The notes under the pieces are model-generated. The model was not told the origin of the DNA. It was given only the letters and a program-made list of their open reading frames with translations, and ran no database searches. Position numbers and translations under genes: made by a program. Source: Candidatus Campbellbacteria bacterium (GTDB lineage: Bacteria > Patescibacteriota > Minisyncoccia > Phycocordibacterales > JAXHMZ01). From it: 64,000 nucleotides of DNA. The stretch spans positions 126,796 to 190,795 of the forward strand of contig JAXHMZ010000005.1 of NCBI GenBank assembly GCA_034521025.1. Direction: 5' to 3'. Of this stretch, positions 21,650-30,903 are shown in pieces; position 1 is the stretch's first letter; the number at the start of each line of letters is the position of its first letter.

Positions 21650-22318
21650 GGGGCAAATCCCGCGCGCGTTAAAGCGAAACCTTCGTTTCATTATAGCAAA
21701 ACAAAAGCCCGATTTTATCGAGCCCCTGTTGAAAAGTATATTGTTATATTTATTCTTTTGACGAGCTGTGAGTGTCCGTATTATTACTTAATCGATGCCT
21801 CCTATGACTTCCGCTTAACTTCTCCTTCGTACCTTCTTCTTCAAATAGTTAACTTCTCGCTTCTCCTTCTTCTAGTCACCGAATCGAATTTCAGCTCACG
21901 GCTTCGTTCAACCTACAGTTCTCAAATACAGTGTCTACATCTTCTCTCCGGTAAGTCCAGTTCTGTCTGCAATTGCTTCTCGAAACGAGTGCTGTCACTT
22001 GCGAACATCGCTCCGTCTCCTCTGCAATGTGGTCGTCTGACACTTGACTTCTAGTCTTATCAGATTCTTGCATCTTCGAACTTCCTGCTCTTCTTGCTTG
22101 TTCTCACTTTCTTGTATGCCTTCCCTCGCATCCTCTTCGGCTTCTTTTTGTTTTTCCTCTATCTCCTTTTCCTTTCCTAATCTCCTCACATCCTTTGAGT
22201 TTTCGCTACGCGTAGGCATACTTATTCCGTTCTCGTATTATGTCTTGACAAAGCATTCTCTACTCATGGAGCAATCATTGTTTCAAGAAATTCGTCTCCT
22301 TGGTCTTTGAATATATCA
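21650..22318 (-). other. Strand-biased, pyrimidine-rich (+ strand) segment with no intact long ORF. Possibly a decayed gene for a charged protein.
   Basis: CT-rich on + and AG-rich on -. Only short - strand ORFs (21995..22219 and 21891..22073), both encoding E/K/R-rich peptides. Confidence 0.3.
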
Positions 22319-23178
22319 CTACATATATGTACAACTCCAGAGGTCAGATCGCTGGCAATAGCAGAAGGGCTTACACGTTCGCGCTGCAAACATTCTCCTG
22401 TATTGCGGATCATATCTAGCGCATTTGCCTATATTCTGTGCACCCTCGCCTGTGGCTATCTCTCTCTCTTTGTTTTCAAATGCTCGTTGTCGTTGCGCGA
22501 GAGATTCTTCGATCAAGGTTATGCGGGTGCATTCATAGTTACTCGCGCAGTTTTGCGTTACCTCGAGGAACGCTCCCCAGCCACCTTCGGTAAAGTCATT
22601 GTTAAACGCTTGGCGTTGCTCGTCTGTGATATTGGTTTGAAATTCTTCTTCAAAATTAGCCCAAAAATCTTTCTGCGCGGATTGGGCTTCTCTCGCGAGC
22701 TCTCGTGCTAACGTTTCCTTGAACCCTTCCGGCAACTGATCATTCCCTACTTGTGTTTTAAAAGTTTCAGTGAAAATTGCCGCTTCTCTGGAGATCAAGT
22801 TTCTAAACGCTTCTTCGGGATTTTCAATATACTCAAAAGCGCTTTGTACTTCTGCATGTCTTTAAAAGTAACGTTATTAACCTTTCCTGTTCTCATCTCT
22901 CTACACTTCCACGTGGTTACTTTTACTGCACTGTTTATGAAATCATAAGTTCTTCTTTGTTTGGCAATATTTGCCCATACCGCATCTAAACGTTCAGCGT
23001 TGTCAAGCACATACTCTTTTACTTGCTGCACTACATCTAGCACAACAAACTGGGCAGCCGCCTCGTTTGGCTTAAAAGAAAAAGTTACTGTAAATACACA
23101 CAAAACTACCAAGAATAGTACGGCAACTTTTCCAAAAAAACCTTTTCGTGTATGACTGTTTAGTTTCGGGAATTTCAT
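22319..23178 (-). CDS. Secreted hypothetical protein encoded by two ORFs with a TTGA overlap (22795..23178 and 22319..22798). Either one frameshifted gene or two coupled genes.
   Basis: Signal peptide in the upstream ORF. The downstream frame stays open for about 20 codons into the upstream ORF. Confidence 0.35.
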
Positions 23179-23189
23179 ATTTTACTACT

Positions 23190-24240
23190 TTATCTCGAAT
23201 CCGTGTTGGTAATTACGTATCCCGGTTCGTTTGCTGAAAAAGTGACGTTGTTGTTGTTAAAATAACTCACTAAGCCGGAGTTACCTTCAGCTATGGACAC
23301 ATATCCTTTCTGATATCGCACTAAGCCTATCAGACTCTTAAGTGGGTCGGCGTCGAAATCGTCACGAATTGATTTAAGGGTGGTTGCTAAGTGGTGAGTA
23401 CCGTTGATTATTTGCAAGTGGTACTCAGCAGCTCCTTGTGGTACGTTCTCGATCGAGAGCAATTCAGCGGTGGCGGTTTCGTATGTGGAAATAATTTCAT
23501 TTAAAGCAGAGGTATTTTCGTTCTCTACTGCTTCTTGTACTGAACTATGTTCCTCCTCAATACTAATATTGGTATATGACCCAGCGATCACTCCTAGGAC
23601 GTTTCCATAAGTTCTTATATCGGCTTTGCTAGATGTTTTCATGGTAGAAATATCGGAGGCGTCGTATCTTTCTGGAATTGATTCTATGTCTCCTATGGAG
23701 TTTTGTACGTATTTTTGTGTCAACTCAGATAAAAGTGCGTCTATGGAAGAATCGTTAAAGTTACCGCTCGCGCTCAACTCATTAAGTCCTTGGAAATAAT
23801 CTCTATAAAAAGCTTCCGTGGTGGTCAGACCCTCATTGCTTTCGCGGAAAAACGTAGGAGTGTCGTTCGTGCTTAACTCGTCATTTGGTCCGGGCACTCG
23901 CGGATCGCGACCTGTCTCTACTTCTTCACCGTCCGGTGTTCCATCTCCGTCTGTGTCGGGGTTTTCGGGGTCAGTGCGCCACATCACTTCTTCCCAGTCG
24001 CGCAAGCCGTCACTGTCTCTGTCTGTCTCAAATTGCTCCGCGGTCGTACTTACAGACACCCCTCCGTCGGTTACGGCGACGGGCTCTTCTTCGGATTTCG
24101 TTTTCATTAAATCTTGTAAAGTAAAGCGTCGCGCCCACGGCAAGGATCGCTATAAGCACGACAAGGATACGCAAACTAAGGTTTTTGTCTTCATTCATAA
24201 TTAGTGCTTTTAGTATATAACCCAATATTTGGTATGCCAA
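23190..24240 (-). CDS. Membrane-anchored protein with Asp-rich calcium-binding (thrombospondin-type-3-like) repeats. The TM anchor sits in a different frame (24028..24240), so a frameshift is likely.
   Basis: DTDGDGTPDGEEVETGRDPRVPG motif. The hydrophobic N-terminus lies in the overlapping ORF. Confidence 0.4.
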
Positions 24241-25857
24241 TTAACGATTGTGGATAGCTTTTGTTTTTCTAGAAGTATTCAAAAAGGCCAATAAGGATAT
24301 GGAAAGAAAAGCTATTAAGAACGGCGACGTACCGAGTCGACTGAATATCGTTAGGTAGGAAAATACAGGAACGTCAGCATACATAATTGATTCTCTTTCT
24401 TGTTCATTTGTCTTACTGAGCACTTCACCTTTATTGTTTACTATAAAGGTCGGTGCCACGTTTCCGGCTTGGATAAAGTATCTTCCGTTTTCCACGGCAC
24501 GCACCTTTGATTGTTTTGTGGTTTGATTTACCAGAAGTGGATAGTATCCAAATAGGCTATGAGAAGAACTGTTCACAAGAACTCCCGATCCTGAGGTGGC
24601 TAGTTGTCGATATAGCTCCGGCGAATACACTTCTGAGCAGAAAAGCGCACCCACCTCAGCGCCATTGACTGAAAAAGTTGATACATCACTTCCCCTCTCA
24701 GCTATGTTGTGACCTCGGTATGATTCTCCCGATTCTTCATCAAGAAAAATATTCATCAAGGGAAGCATAATTGTGGGAGTATACTCGCCGAAAGGAGTCA
24801 GCAGTATTTTCTTGTAGATCTCTTCTTCTTTGTTTTCACTGATTATTCTAAAGCGCACAATAGTTTGATTGGAAGGTCTGAAGCCGTATGAATCCAAAAC
24901 CTTTGGTAGCGCTCCGCTTTCTTTAAAATTAGCAAAAAAACGTTTCTTCTCCGGCGGGACAAATCTGTTAAAGTACGCTGCCCCCTCTGGAAGTATTATC
25001 AGTTCCGGAGACCTGCTGTCTCTTTCAAACATGTCTATCACTTGGCGCTGTGACATATACGCTTCAACTTGATCACTTATACCCACTTCCGTATCGGTCT
25101 TTATGTTACTTTGAACGGCCGCTATAGAAAGACTAACCTCGGATTCTTTCTCCTGGGCAAACAAAACCAAGCCGCTTATTACCAAAAAAAGTGCAAAGAA
25201 AAAAGCAGTTAATGTTCTAAATCGAAATATATAGAGGAAGATCAAAAGATTGAATACGACAAGCGTAAACGACAACAGATGTATGCCCCCGACTGACGCA
25301 AGAGAAAGCAAAGGAGGAAACTCGGCAAGAATATATCCAATATGACCAAAGGTCCATTGTCCTCCGATATATGATCCATTGCCGTAGCTCAGTACGGAAA
25401 AAATGAAAGCTCCCAGCCACTCTGCAAAACTCCAGCTAGCGGCCAAGCCGAGAGTTGTTAAAGAGTTTAGGTTTTGAATAAATACCTTCGCTACTATTCC
25501 CCACAACCCAACGGCTGATGAAAAGATGGCGGTAGTTATGAACCAGATTAGTGAAACCAGGAATAACGATAGAGGGTAGTTTTCTACCCCCATCCAATTC
25601 AGAGGTAGCGTTTCAAAGAAAAATGAGAATATAGCACCAAAGTGTGTGAAACCAACCAAGAAACTCCACGCAAACGCTTCGCGACTGTTTTGCGAGTTTT
25701 TCAGTACCAAAAGGAGTGGAACAAGCGCTATGAACCCCAATAACCAAAGCAAGGGTATGTTAAAGGAAAGGAAGAGCAGGGAACCCGAGAGGAGTGAGAG
25801 TAATAGCTTATGCGTTCTTTTCATACAACAAGTGTAGCAGTTTCTGCCAAGTTTCAA
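24241..25857 (-). CDS. lnt: Apolipoprotein N-acyltransferase (polytopic N-domain plus CN-hydrolase domain).
   Basis: Multi-TM N-terminal half. C-terminal nitrilase-type domain (...LIILPEGAAYF..., ...ALFCSEVYSPE...). Confidence 0.65.
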   Translation of the reverse strand: MKLGRNCYTCCMKRTHKLLLSLLSGSLLFLSFNIPLLWLLGFIALVPLLLVLKNSQNSREAFAWSFLVGFTHFGAIFSFFFETLPLNWMGVENYPLSLFLVSLIWFITTAIFSSAVGLWGIVAKVFIQNLNSLTTLGLAASWSFAEWLGAFIFSVLSYGNGSYIGGQWTFGHIGYILAEFPPLLSLASVGGIHLLSFTLVVFNLLIFLYIFRFRTLTAFFFALFLVISGLVLFAQEKESEVSLSIAAVQSNIKTDTEVGISDQVEAYMSQRQVIDMFERDSRSPELIILPEGAAYFNRFVPPEKKRFFANFKESGALPKVLDSYGFRPSNQTIVRFRIISENKEEEIYKKILLTPFGEYTPTIMLPLMNIFLDEESGESYRGHNIAERGSDVSTFSVNGAEVGALFCSEVYSPELYRQLATSGSGVLVNSSSHSLFGYYPLLVNQTTKQSKVRAVENGRYFIQAGNVAPTFIVNNKGEVLSKTNEQERESIMYADVPVFSYLTIFSRLGTSPFLIAFLSISLLAFLNTSRKTKAIHNR

Positions 25858-26668
25858 GAGGGACTTCTTGCGGACGAGTGGTTTCCTCGAGTCCGACTTG
25901 GTTTAAGATATTTTTCCCGCGTTCTTTGTCTTGAGCGAACAGGGTGTTTAAAAGCGTTTTTCGTTTCTGTGAAAATGCCCGGCGAATGGTTTTGAAAAAA
26001 TCCGCTTCGTTTATGGTAGTAAAAAAATCGCGTGAAATATTCTCGATCGCGAGAATTGCCGAATCAACTTTCGGCGCCGGGAAAAAAGAACCGGCTTTAA
26101 CCTTACCTCTATATACGGGAGTTCCAAATGCCTTAATTGAAAGCGACAATATACTTTCGGTATCTGAGACAATGCGCTTCGCTACTTCATCTTGTATCAA
26201 CAGCACTACCGAGCTTGGCAGGTTATCCAAAGAAAAAATAAATCGTAAAATTTTACCGGTGATGTAATAAGGGATATTCGCGATAACTTTATATTCTTTA
26301 TCTTTTAGTTTTTTCTCGAGAGCGTCTCTTTCTTCAAGAACATCTCCCTCTATAATAGTTAGTTGTTTTGATTCTATTTCTTCAGCGAATGTTTCTTTTA
26401 AAAACGAGACAAGTCCCTCGTCTTTTTCTACCGCGATCACTTTGACTCCCGTTGAAAGAAGAGTTCTGGTTAACGATCCCCTACCGGGGCCGATCTCTAC
26501 AACCGTTTCATCACCTTTAATATCTCCGGCGTTAACGATCTTTTCAAGAATTTTTTTATCGGAGAGAAAATTTTGCCCAAGATGTTTTTTGGGCTTGCTA
26601 CTGTCTTTGTTTTGATCAGGTGAATTAATCATATTAACTTTTTGTAGTGTGATTACTTTAAAAAGCAA
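25808..26668 (-). CDS. rsmA: 16S rRNA (adenine1518/1519-N6)-dimethyltransferase.
   Basis: HLGQNFL motif and VVEIGPGRGSLT SAM motif. Start probably at the internal Met (MINSPDQ...). Confidence 0.85.
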   Translation of the reverse strand: MLFKVITLQKVNMINSPDQNKDSSKPKKHLGQNFLSDKKILEKIVNAGDIKGDETVVEIGPGRGSLTRTLLSTGVKVIAVEKDEGLVSFLKETFAEEIESKQLTIIEGDVLEERDALEKKLKDKEYKVIANIPYYITGKILRFIFSLDNLPSSVVLLIQDEVAKRIVSDTESILSLSIKAFGTPVYRGKVKAGSFFPAPKVDSAILAIENISRDFFTTINEADFFKTIRRAFSQKRKTLLNTLFAQDKERGKNILNQVGLEETTRPQEVPLETWQKLLHLLYEKNA

Positions 26669-26669
26669 A

Positions 26670-27446
26670 CTAACTCTTCTTCGCTTTCACTAAAAAACGT
26701 TTTGATGTAAACGTAAGGCTGCCTTCAGCTTCGAGTTTATCTTGTATCTTTTTTAGATATGGCAAATGAGTTGCCACACTAAAATCCTTTACCACCCACG
26801 GAACGAACTTTAGATAGTAAACAAGCGCACCCACATCTTTAAAAGATGTCTTTCCTTCCCACTCTCTTGCTTCTTCTATACTCATCCCCGCCTCGGATAA
26901 CTTCCTTTTAACGTGCGAAAGTGTGTTCTCTGAGTGTGTTGGCTTCTCTTCAAAAAAGAAAAGGAGGTCGCTGAGATTATCGCCAGCTACCTGTTGGGTG
27001 AAAAATATACCTCCATTTTGAAGTACGCGGTTTATTTCTCTGACGTTCAATCCGCCGTGCCGGTTTAATATGAGATCGAAACTCTCGTCTCCAAAAGGAA
27101 GGGCTTCTGTCTCATCGATAAAAACGACATCAACGCCAAACGAGGCCAAGTTGTCTTTCGCTATTTTTACGTTCGGCCCGTATCCTTCCGTCGCTACCAT
27201 TTTTCTTTCATTAAATGGAGCTAGTTTGGATAGTTTCTCGCCGCCGCCAGTTGCAACATCTAATATGGATTCGGCCTTATAAACCAATTGCCTTGCTTGT
27301 GAAAGATAGTCCCAATCTGGCTTTTCCTCGATCATTCGATCTTGTAGGTATGAGAAATCCCATCCTTCAAAGTGAGCCTGTTCATCTTTTTTCCATTGCT
27401 CAATAATGTTTTTATTCATAGGAATAAAATAACACGAACAATGCAC
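26670..27446 (-). CDS. Class-I SAM-dependent methyltransferase.
   Basis: ILDVATGGGEKL SAM-binding motif. Confidence 0.55.
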   Translation of the reverse strand: MHCSCYFIPMNKNIIEQWKKDEQAHFEGWDFSYLQDRMIEEKPDWDYLSQARQLVYKAESILDVATGGGEKLSKLAPFNERKMVATEGYGPNVKIAKDNLASFGVDVVFIDETEALPFGDESFDLILNRHGGLNVREINRVLQNGGIFFTQQVAGDNLSDLLFFFEEKPTHSENTLSHVKRKLSEAGMSIEEAREWEGKTSFKDVGALVYYLKFVPWVVKDFSVATHLPYLKKIQDKLEAEGSLTFTSKRFLVKAKKS

Positions 27447-27571
27447 TTGATACGTTCATTAGTTCCACACGAAAACTTCATTGTTGAGTCTCGAGTCTTA
27501 AGGGTGGCGTGCTTATCTCTCCGAGAGTCGCACCAACCTCTCTCTTTATAGTCTACGGAAGTTTTGAAAAG

Positions 27572-29635
27572 TTAGAAGTCCAGATAAACTGTTTTGATCG
27601 GTTCTCCGCCCTCTCCGGATCCTTCGGCGTCCAGAAAGTCCTCGTCTATTCCGGTAATGAACTCTGAGGGAACCGTGCCGTTGCGTGAACCAAATACAGT
27701 GCGTACAAGAGCGTGCGTCAAAAACAATTTTCTCCTAGCTCTGGTTAAGGCAACATAAAATAGCCGGCGCTCTTCCTCTTCAGCTTCTTTGCTTAAAGAT
27801 TCTTCGTCTAGTCTTTGGTGCGGAAACAGTCCTTCTTCCAGTCCCGTGATAAATACCACATCAAATTCAAGTCCCTTGGAAGCATGTACGGTTAGAAGCT
27901 TAACCCCTTGTTTCTCTTCAGCAAGAGAGTCTTGATCCGTTGTTAATGAGGCACTCTCTAAAAGGCTCTCTATTCCCTCCTCGGGCGGTAGCTCGTCATA
28001 TCTCTGCGCAAGGGTGACGAGCTCTCTTACGTTCTCTAGATCTTCGCGTCCTTCGTCACCCCCGTCTTTAAAAGCTTTTTCCATGCCGGTCTCGCGAATA
28101 ATGAATTTAAGGGTTTCTGATGGAGTGTCGGATAGTGCGTGGGTTCTAATCTCTTTAAGCAGGGTTCGAAAATCAGCGACTCGTTTCTGCATGGCCGGGG
28201 TCAGCTCGCTTTCCTTATTAGCAAGAATCCTCATTAATGTAGTCTTGCCAATTCCTCGAGGTGGCACATTGATGATCCGAGACAGATCGGTGGTGTTGTC
28301 GGGATTTAGAGCCAGCCTGAGAAAGGTCAATGTATCTTTGATTTCTTTGCGATCGAAGAATTTAGTTCCCAGCACTTGGTGTGGCACTTCCATATCTATC
28401 ATTGCTTGCTCTACTGCTCGCGATTGAAAGTTTGCCCTGTAGAGAATGGCTATTTCTTCAGGAGGCGTACCGCCCCGGATCAATTCGCTTGCCTTCTCGG
28501 CTATGAAGCGTGCCTCGTCTTGTTCATCAAAGGAAGTATAGAGGGTTATGTTCTCTCCCTCCATATTGTTCGTAAAAAGATTCTTTTCTTTGCGGATCGT
28601 ATTTTTCGCAATAGTGGCGTTGGCCACAGTTATGATGGTTTTTGTAGAACGGTAATTTTCTTCGAGAAGAACGCTGTGCGCGTTTGGAAAATCTTCTTCA
28701 AAGTCAAAAATGTGTTTCATATTTGCTCCCCGCCAAGAATAAATATTTTGATCCATATCGCCCACGACGCAGATATTTTTGTGTTTCTCTGCCAAAAGCC
28801 GTGATATCTCATATTGAACTCCGTTTGTATCCTGGAATTCATCGATGTGGATATACGACCACTTGTTTTGGTAGTGTTCCAATATTTTGGGTTCTTTCTT
28901 TAAAAGAAGCAGAGTTTTTAGGAGCAGATCGTCAAAGTCTAACGCCTTTTCTTCTTGCAGCGCCTTTTCATATTCTCTCCACACCTGAAGAACAAGTTCG
29001 TTGAAAATATTTCCTTTGGCTTGTTCTTCGTATGTGCCGGGTGTAAGCCCCTCCCCTTTTTTGCGGGAAATAACAGAAAGTATTTTGCCCGGATCGTGTT
29101 GCTTGGGATCTATTCCGAGTTTTTCAAGAGCTCTCTTTATTATGCGCTTGGAATCACTTCTATCGAAGATAGAGAAATGCCTAGTGAGTCCAAAATATCC
29201 CGCGTGCTGTTTTAATATATGAACTCCCAGAGAATGAAAGGTAGAAACGAAAGGTCGCGCGGAGCGACTGTCTATAGTAAGAGAAGGGTCTTTGTCTATA
29301 AGATCTACGACGCGTTCGCGCATTTCGCTCGCCGCTTTGTTGGTAAAGGTTATGGCCAGTATTTTTTCCGGGGCTATACCCTGTCTCGTCAAATGTAAAA
29401 TTCTGGTAGTTATGACTTTGGTCTTTCCGGCACCGGCACCGGCCAGAATAAGTAACGGCCCGTCTGTGTATTCGACCGCCTCTCGTTGGGCGGGGTTTAG
29501 ATTCTCTAGATATTCCATCGCAACCATAATAGCACAGCCGAGATAATTCATTCGTTTATTTGTTTTTGGGAGAAAGTTGACAAGAAAGATAAAAAATTGT
29601 TGCGCACACCTGACCCGTTGACAACTTTTCTCCAT
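27572..29635 (-). CDS. UvrD/PcrA-family ATP-dependent DNA helicase. True start probably near MEYLENLNPAQ at about 29507.
   Basis: NPAQREAV..., GAGAGKT Walker A, and UvrD helicase motifs throughout. Confidence 0.85.
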   Translation of the reverse strand: MEKSCQRVRCAQQFFIFLVNFLPKTNKRMNYLGCAIMVAMEYLENLNPAQREAVEYTDGPLLILAGAGAGKTKVITTRILHLTRQGIAPEKILAITFTNKAASEMRERVVDLIDKDPSLTIDSRSARPFVSTFHSLGVHILKQHAGYFGLTRHFSIFDRSDSKRIIKRALEKLGIDPKQHDPGKILSVISRKKGEGLTPGTYEEQAKGNIFNELVLQVWREYEKALQEEKALDFDDLLLKTLLLLKKEPKILEHYQNKWSYIHIDEFQDTNGVQYEISRLLAEKHKNICVVGDMDQNIYSWRGANMKHIFDFEEDFPNAHSVLLEENYRSTKTIITVANATIAKNTIRKEKNLFTNNMEGENITLYTSFDEQDEARFIAEKASELIRGGTPPEEIAILYRANFQSRAVEQAMIDMEVPHQVLGTKFFDRKEIKDTLTFLRLALNPDNTTDLSRIINVPPRGIGKTTLMRILANKESELTPAMQKRVADFRTLLKEIRTHALSDTPSETLKFIIRETGMEKAFKDGGDEGREDLENVRELVTLAQRYDELPPEEGIESLLESASLTTDQDSLAEEKQGVKLLTVHASKGLEFDVVFITGLEEGLFPHQRLDEESLSKEAEEEERRLFYVALTRARRKLFLTHALVRTVFGSRNGTVPSEFITGIDEDFLDAEGSGEGGEPIKTVYLDF

Positions 29636-29651
29636 TTTCTATACTCTCTTG

Positions 29652-29800
29652 TATCGCTGAAACGACAGGTTAACTGGGTGCGGTGAATGCGTTTAGGGGA
29701 TCATTTAATTCACCCGCCGAGATCGAATTGAAAGAACGACTTTCTTAACAAAACCGACTATTTTACCCAGTCCACAGGATCCGAGTTATTCAAAACAACG
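29652..29800 (+). ncRNA. Structured 5' leader of the LysM-M23 gene. Candidate c-di-AMP (ydaO-type) riboswitch.
   Basis: Promoter TTGACA-17nt-TATACT at about 29617-29645. The leader contains CGCTGAAAC, GGTGAATG, GGGGATCA and CCCGCCGA segments reminiscent of ydaO motif blocks. Cell-wall hydrolase genes are typical ydaO targets. Confidence 0.25.
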
Positions 29801-29804
29801 TAGC

Positions 29805-30830
29805 TTGGTGAAATACGCGAAAGCCGAAGTTGGCACAAAAGCGATAATAGCAGTTACAGCACTGCTAATTGCTCTTCCGCTATCTATCGGAGCGCAAGCA
29901 GGCGCCGCCAATGTTAGTTCTTCTAATAATGAGGAACAAAAAGGCGGTTTTTCTCGTAATGCGCAAACGATCTCTCTTCTAAGGGCGGACCGCGGAGCGA
30001 ATAACAATACCTCTCAAGGTGGTGGTGGTGTTGAAATAATCGATGTTAGTGCTCTGAAGTCGAGCCAAAGAACAAGCTCTGAGGAGAGTGAATCCTCCGC
30101 GACTAATACAGGCAATGTCAGCGTCTACGAAGTTAGTAAAGGCGACTCTCTGGGAGAGATCGCCCAAATGTTCGACGTTTCCACCAACACCATAATCTGG
30201 GCAAACGATCTTGAAGGTAGCACCATTCAACCCGGACAATCTCTTGTCATATTGCCAATGTCCGGTGTTCGGCACGAAGTGAAAGAGGGAGACACTCTAA
30301 GATCAATAGCCGATAAGTACAACGGAGACATTGACGAAATACGAGAATTTAACGAGATCGAAGAAGACGTCGCCTTGTCTGTCGGAGATTATGTAGATAT
30401 TCCCGACGGAGAAGTTCAAGAGACCGTCTCTACTCCTTCTCCTGAGGCTAACTCGTCTCCGTCTCCTGCACCTTCATCCGGCGGTGGATGGCTGATAAGA
30501 CCTATTTCAGGCGGCATAAAGACCCAAGGGTTACACGGTTACAACGCGGTAGACTTAGCTGCTCCAAAAGGTACGAACGTTATGGCTTCCGCTCCAGGAA
30601 CCGTGATCACGACAAAGAGTGATAGAGGGTGGAACGGTGGATATGGAAATTATGTGATCGTGGAGCACGCCAACGGAGTTCAGACCCTGTATTCGCACCT
30701 GGGAAGTGTTCTCGTAAGCAGAGGTCAATATGTAGTACAGGGTCAAGTCTTAGGTCATATTGGAATGACAGGAAAGACCACCGGACCCCATGTTCACTTT
30801 GAGGTACGGGGAGCGACTAACCCGTTCTAG
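29805..30830 (+). CDS. Secreted LysM-domain M23 peptidoglycan endopeptidase.
   Basis: Two LysM repeats (GDSLGEIAQMF..., GDTLRSIADKY...). M23 signature HLGSV...GHIGMTGKTTGPHVHFEV. Confidence 0.85.
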   Translation: MVKYAKAEVGTKAIIAVTALLIALPLSIGAQAGAANVSSSNNEEQKGGFSRNAQTISLLRADRGANNNTSQGGGGVEIIDVSALKSSQRTSSEESESSATNTGNVSVYEVSKGDSLGEIAQMFDVSTNTIIWANDLEGSTIQPGQSLVILPMSGVRHEVKEGDTLRSIADKYNGDIDEIREFNEIEEDVALSVGDYVDIPDGEVQETVSTPSPEANSSPSPAPSSGGGWLIRPISGGIKTQGLHGYNAVDLAAPKGTNVMASAPGTVITTKSDRGWNGGYGNYVIVEHANGVQTLYSHLGSVLVSRGQYVVQGQVLGHIGMTGKTTGPHVHFEVRGATNPF

Positions 30831-30859
30831 AGTATTATTTTAAATAAAATAACGAAAAT

Positions 30860-30889
30860 AAATGCTTCAATCTATAGATTGAAGCATTT
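30860..30889. terminator. Bidirectional hairpin terminator between the convergent LysM-M23 and comM genes. An identical palindrome occurs at 43408..43437.
   Basis: AAATGCTTCAATC-TATA-GATTGAAGCATTT perfect inverted repeat flanked by A/T runs. Confidence 0.55.
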
Positions 30890-30903
30890 ATTTTGAGAAC
30901 TGG

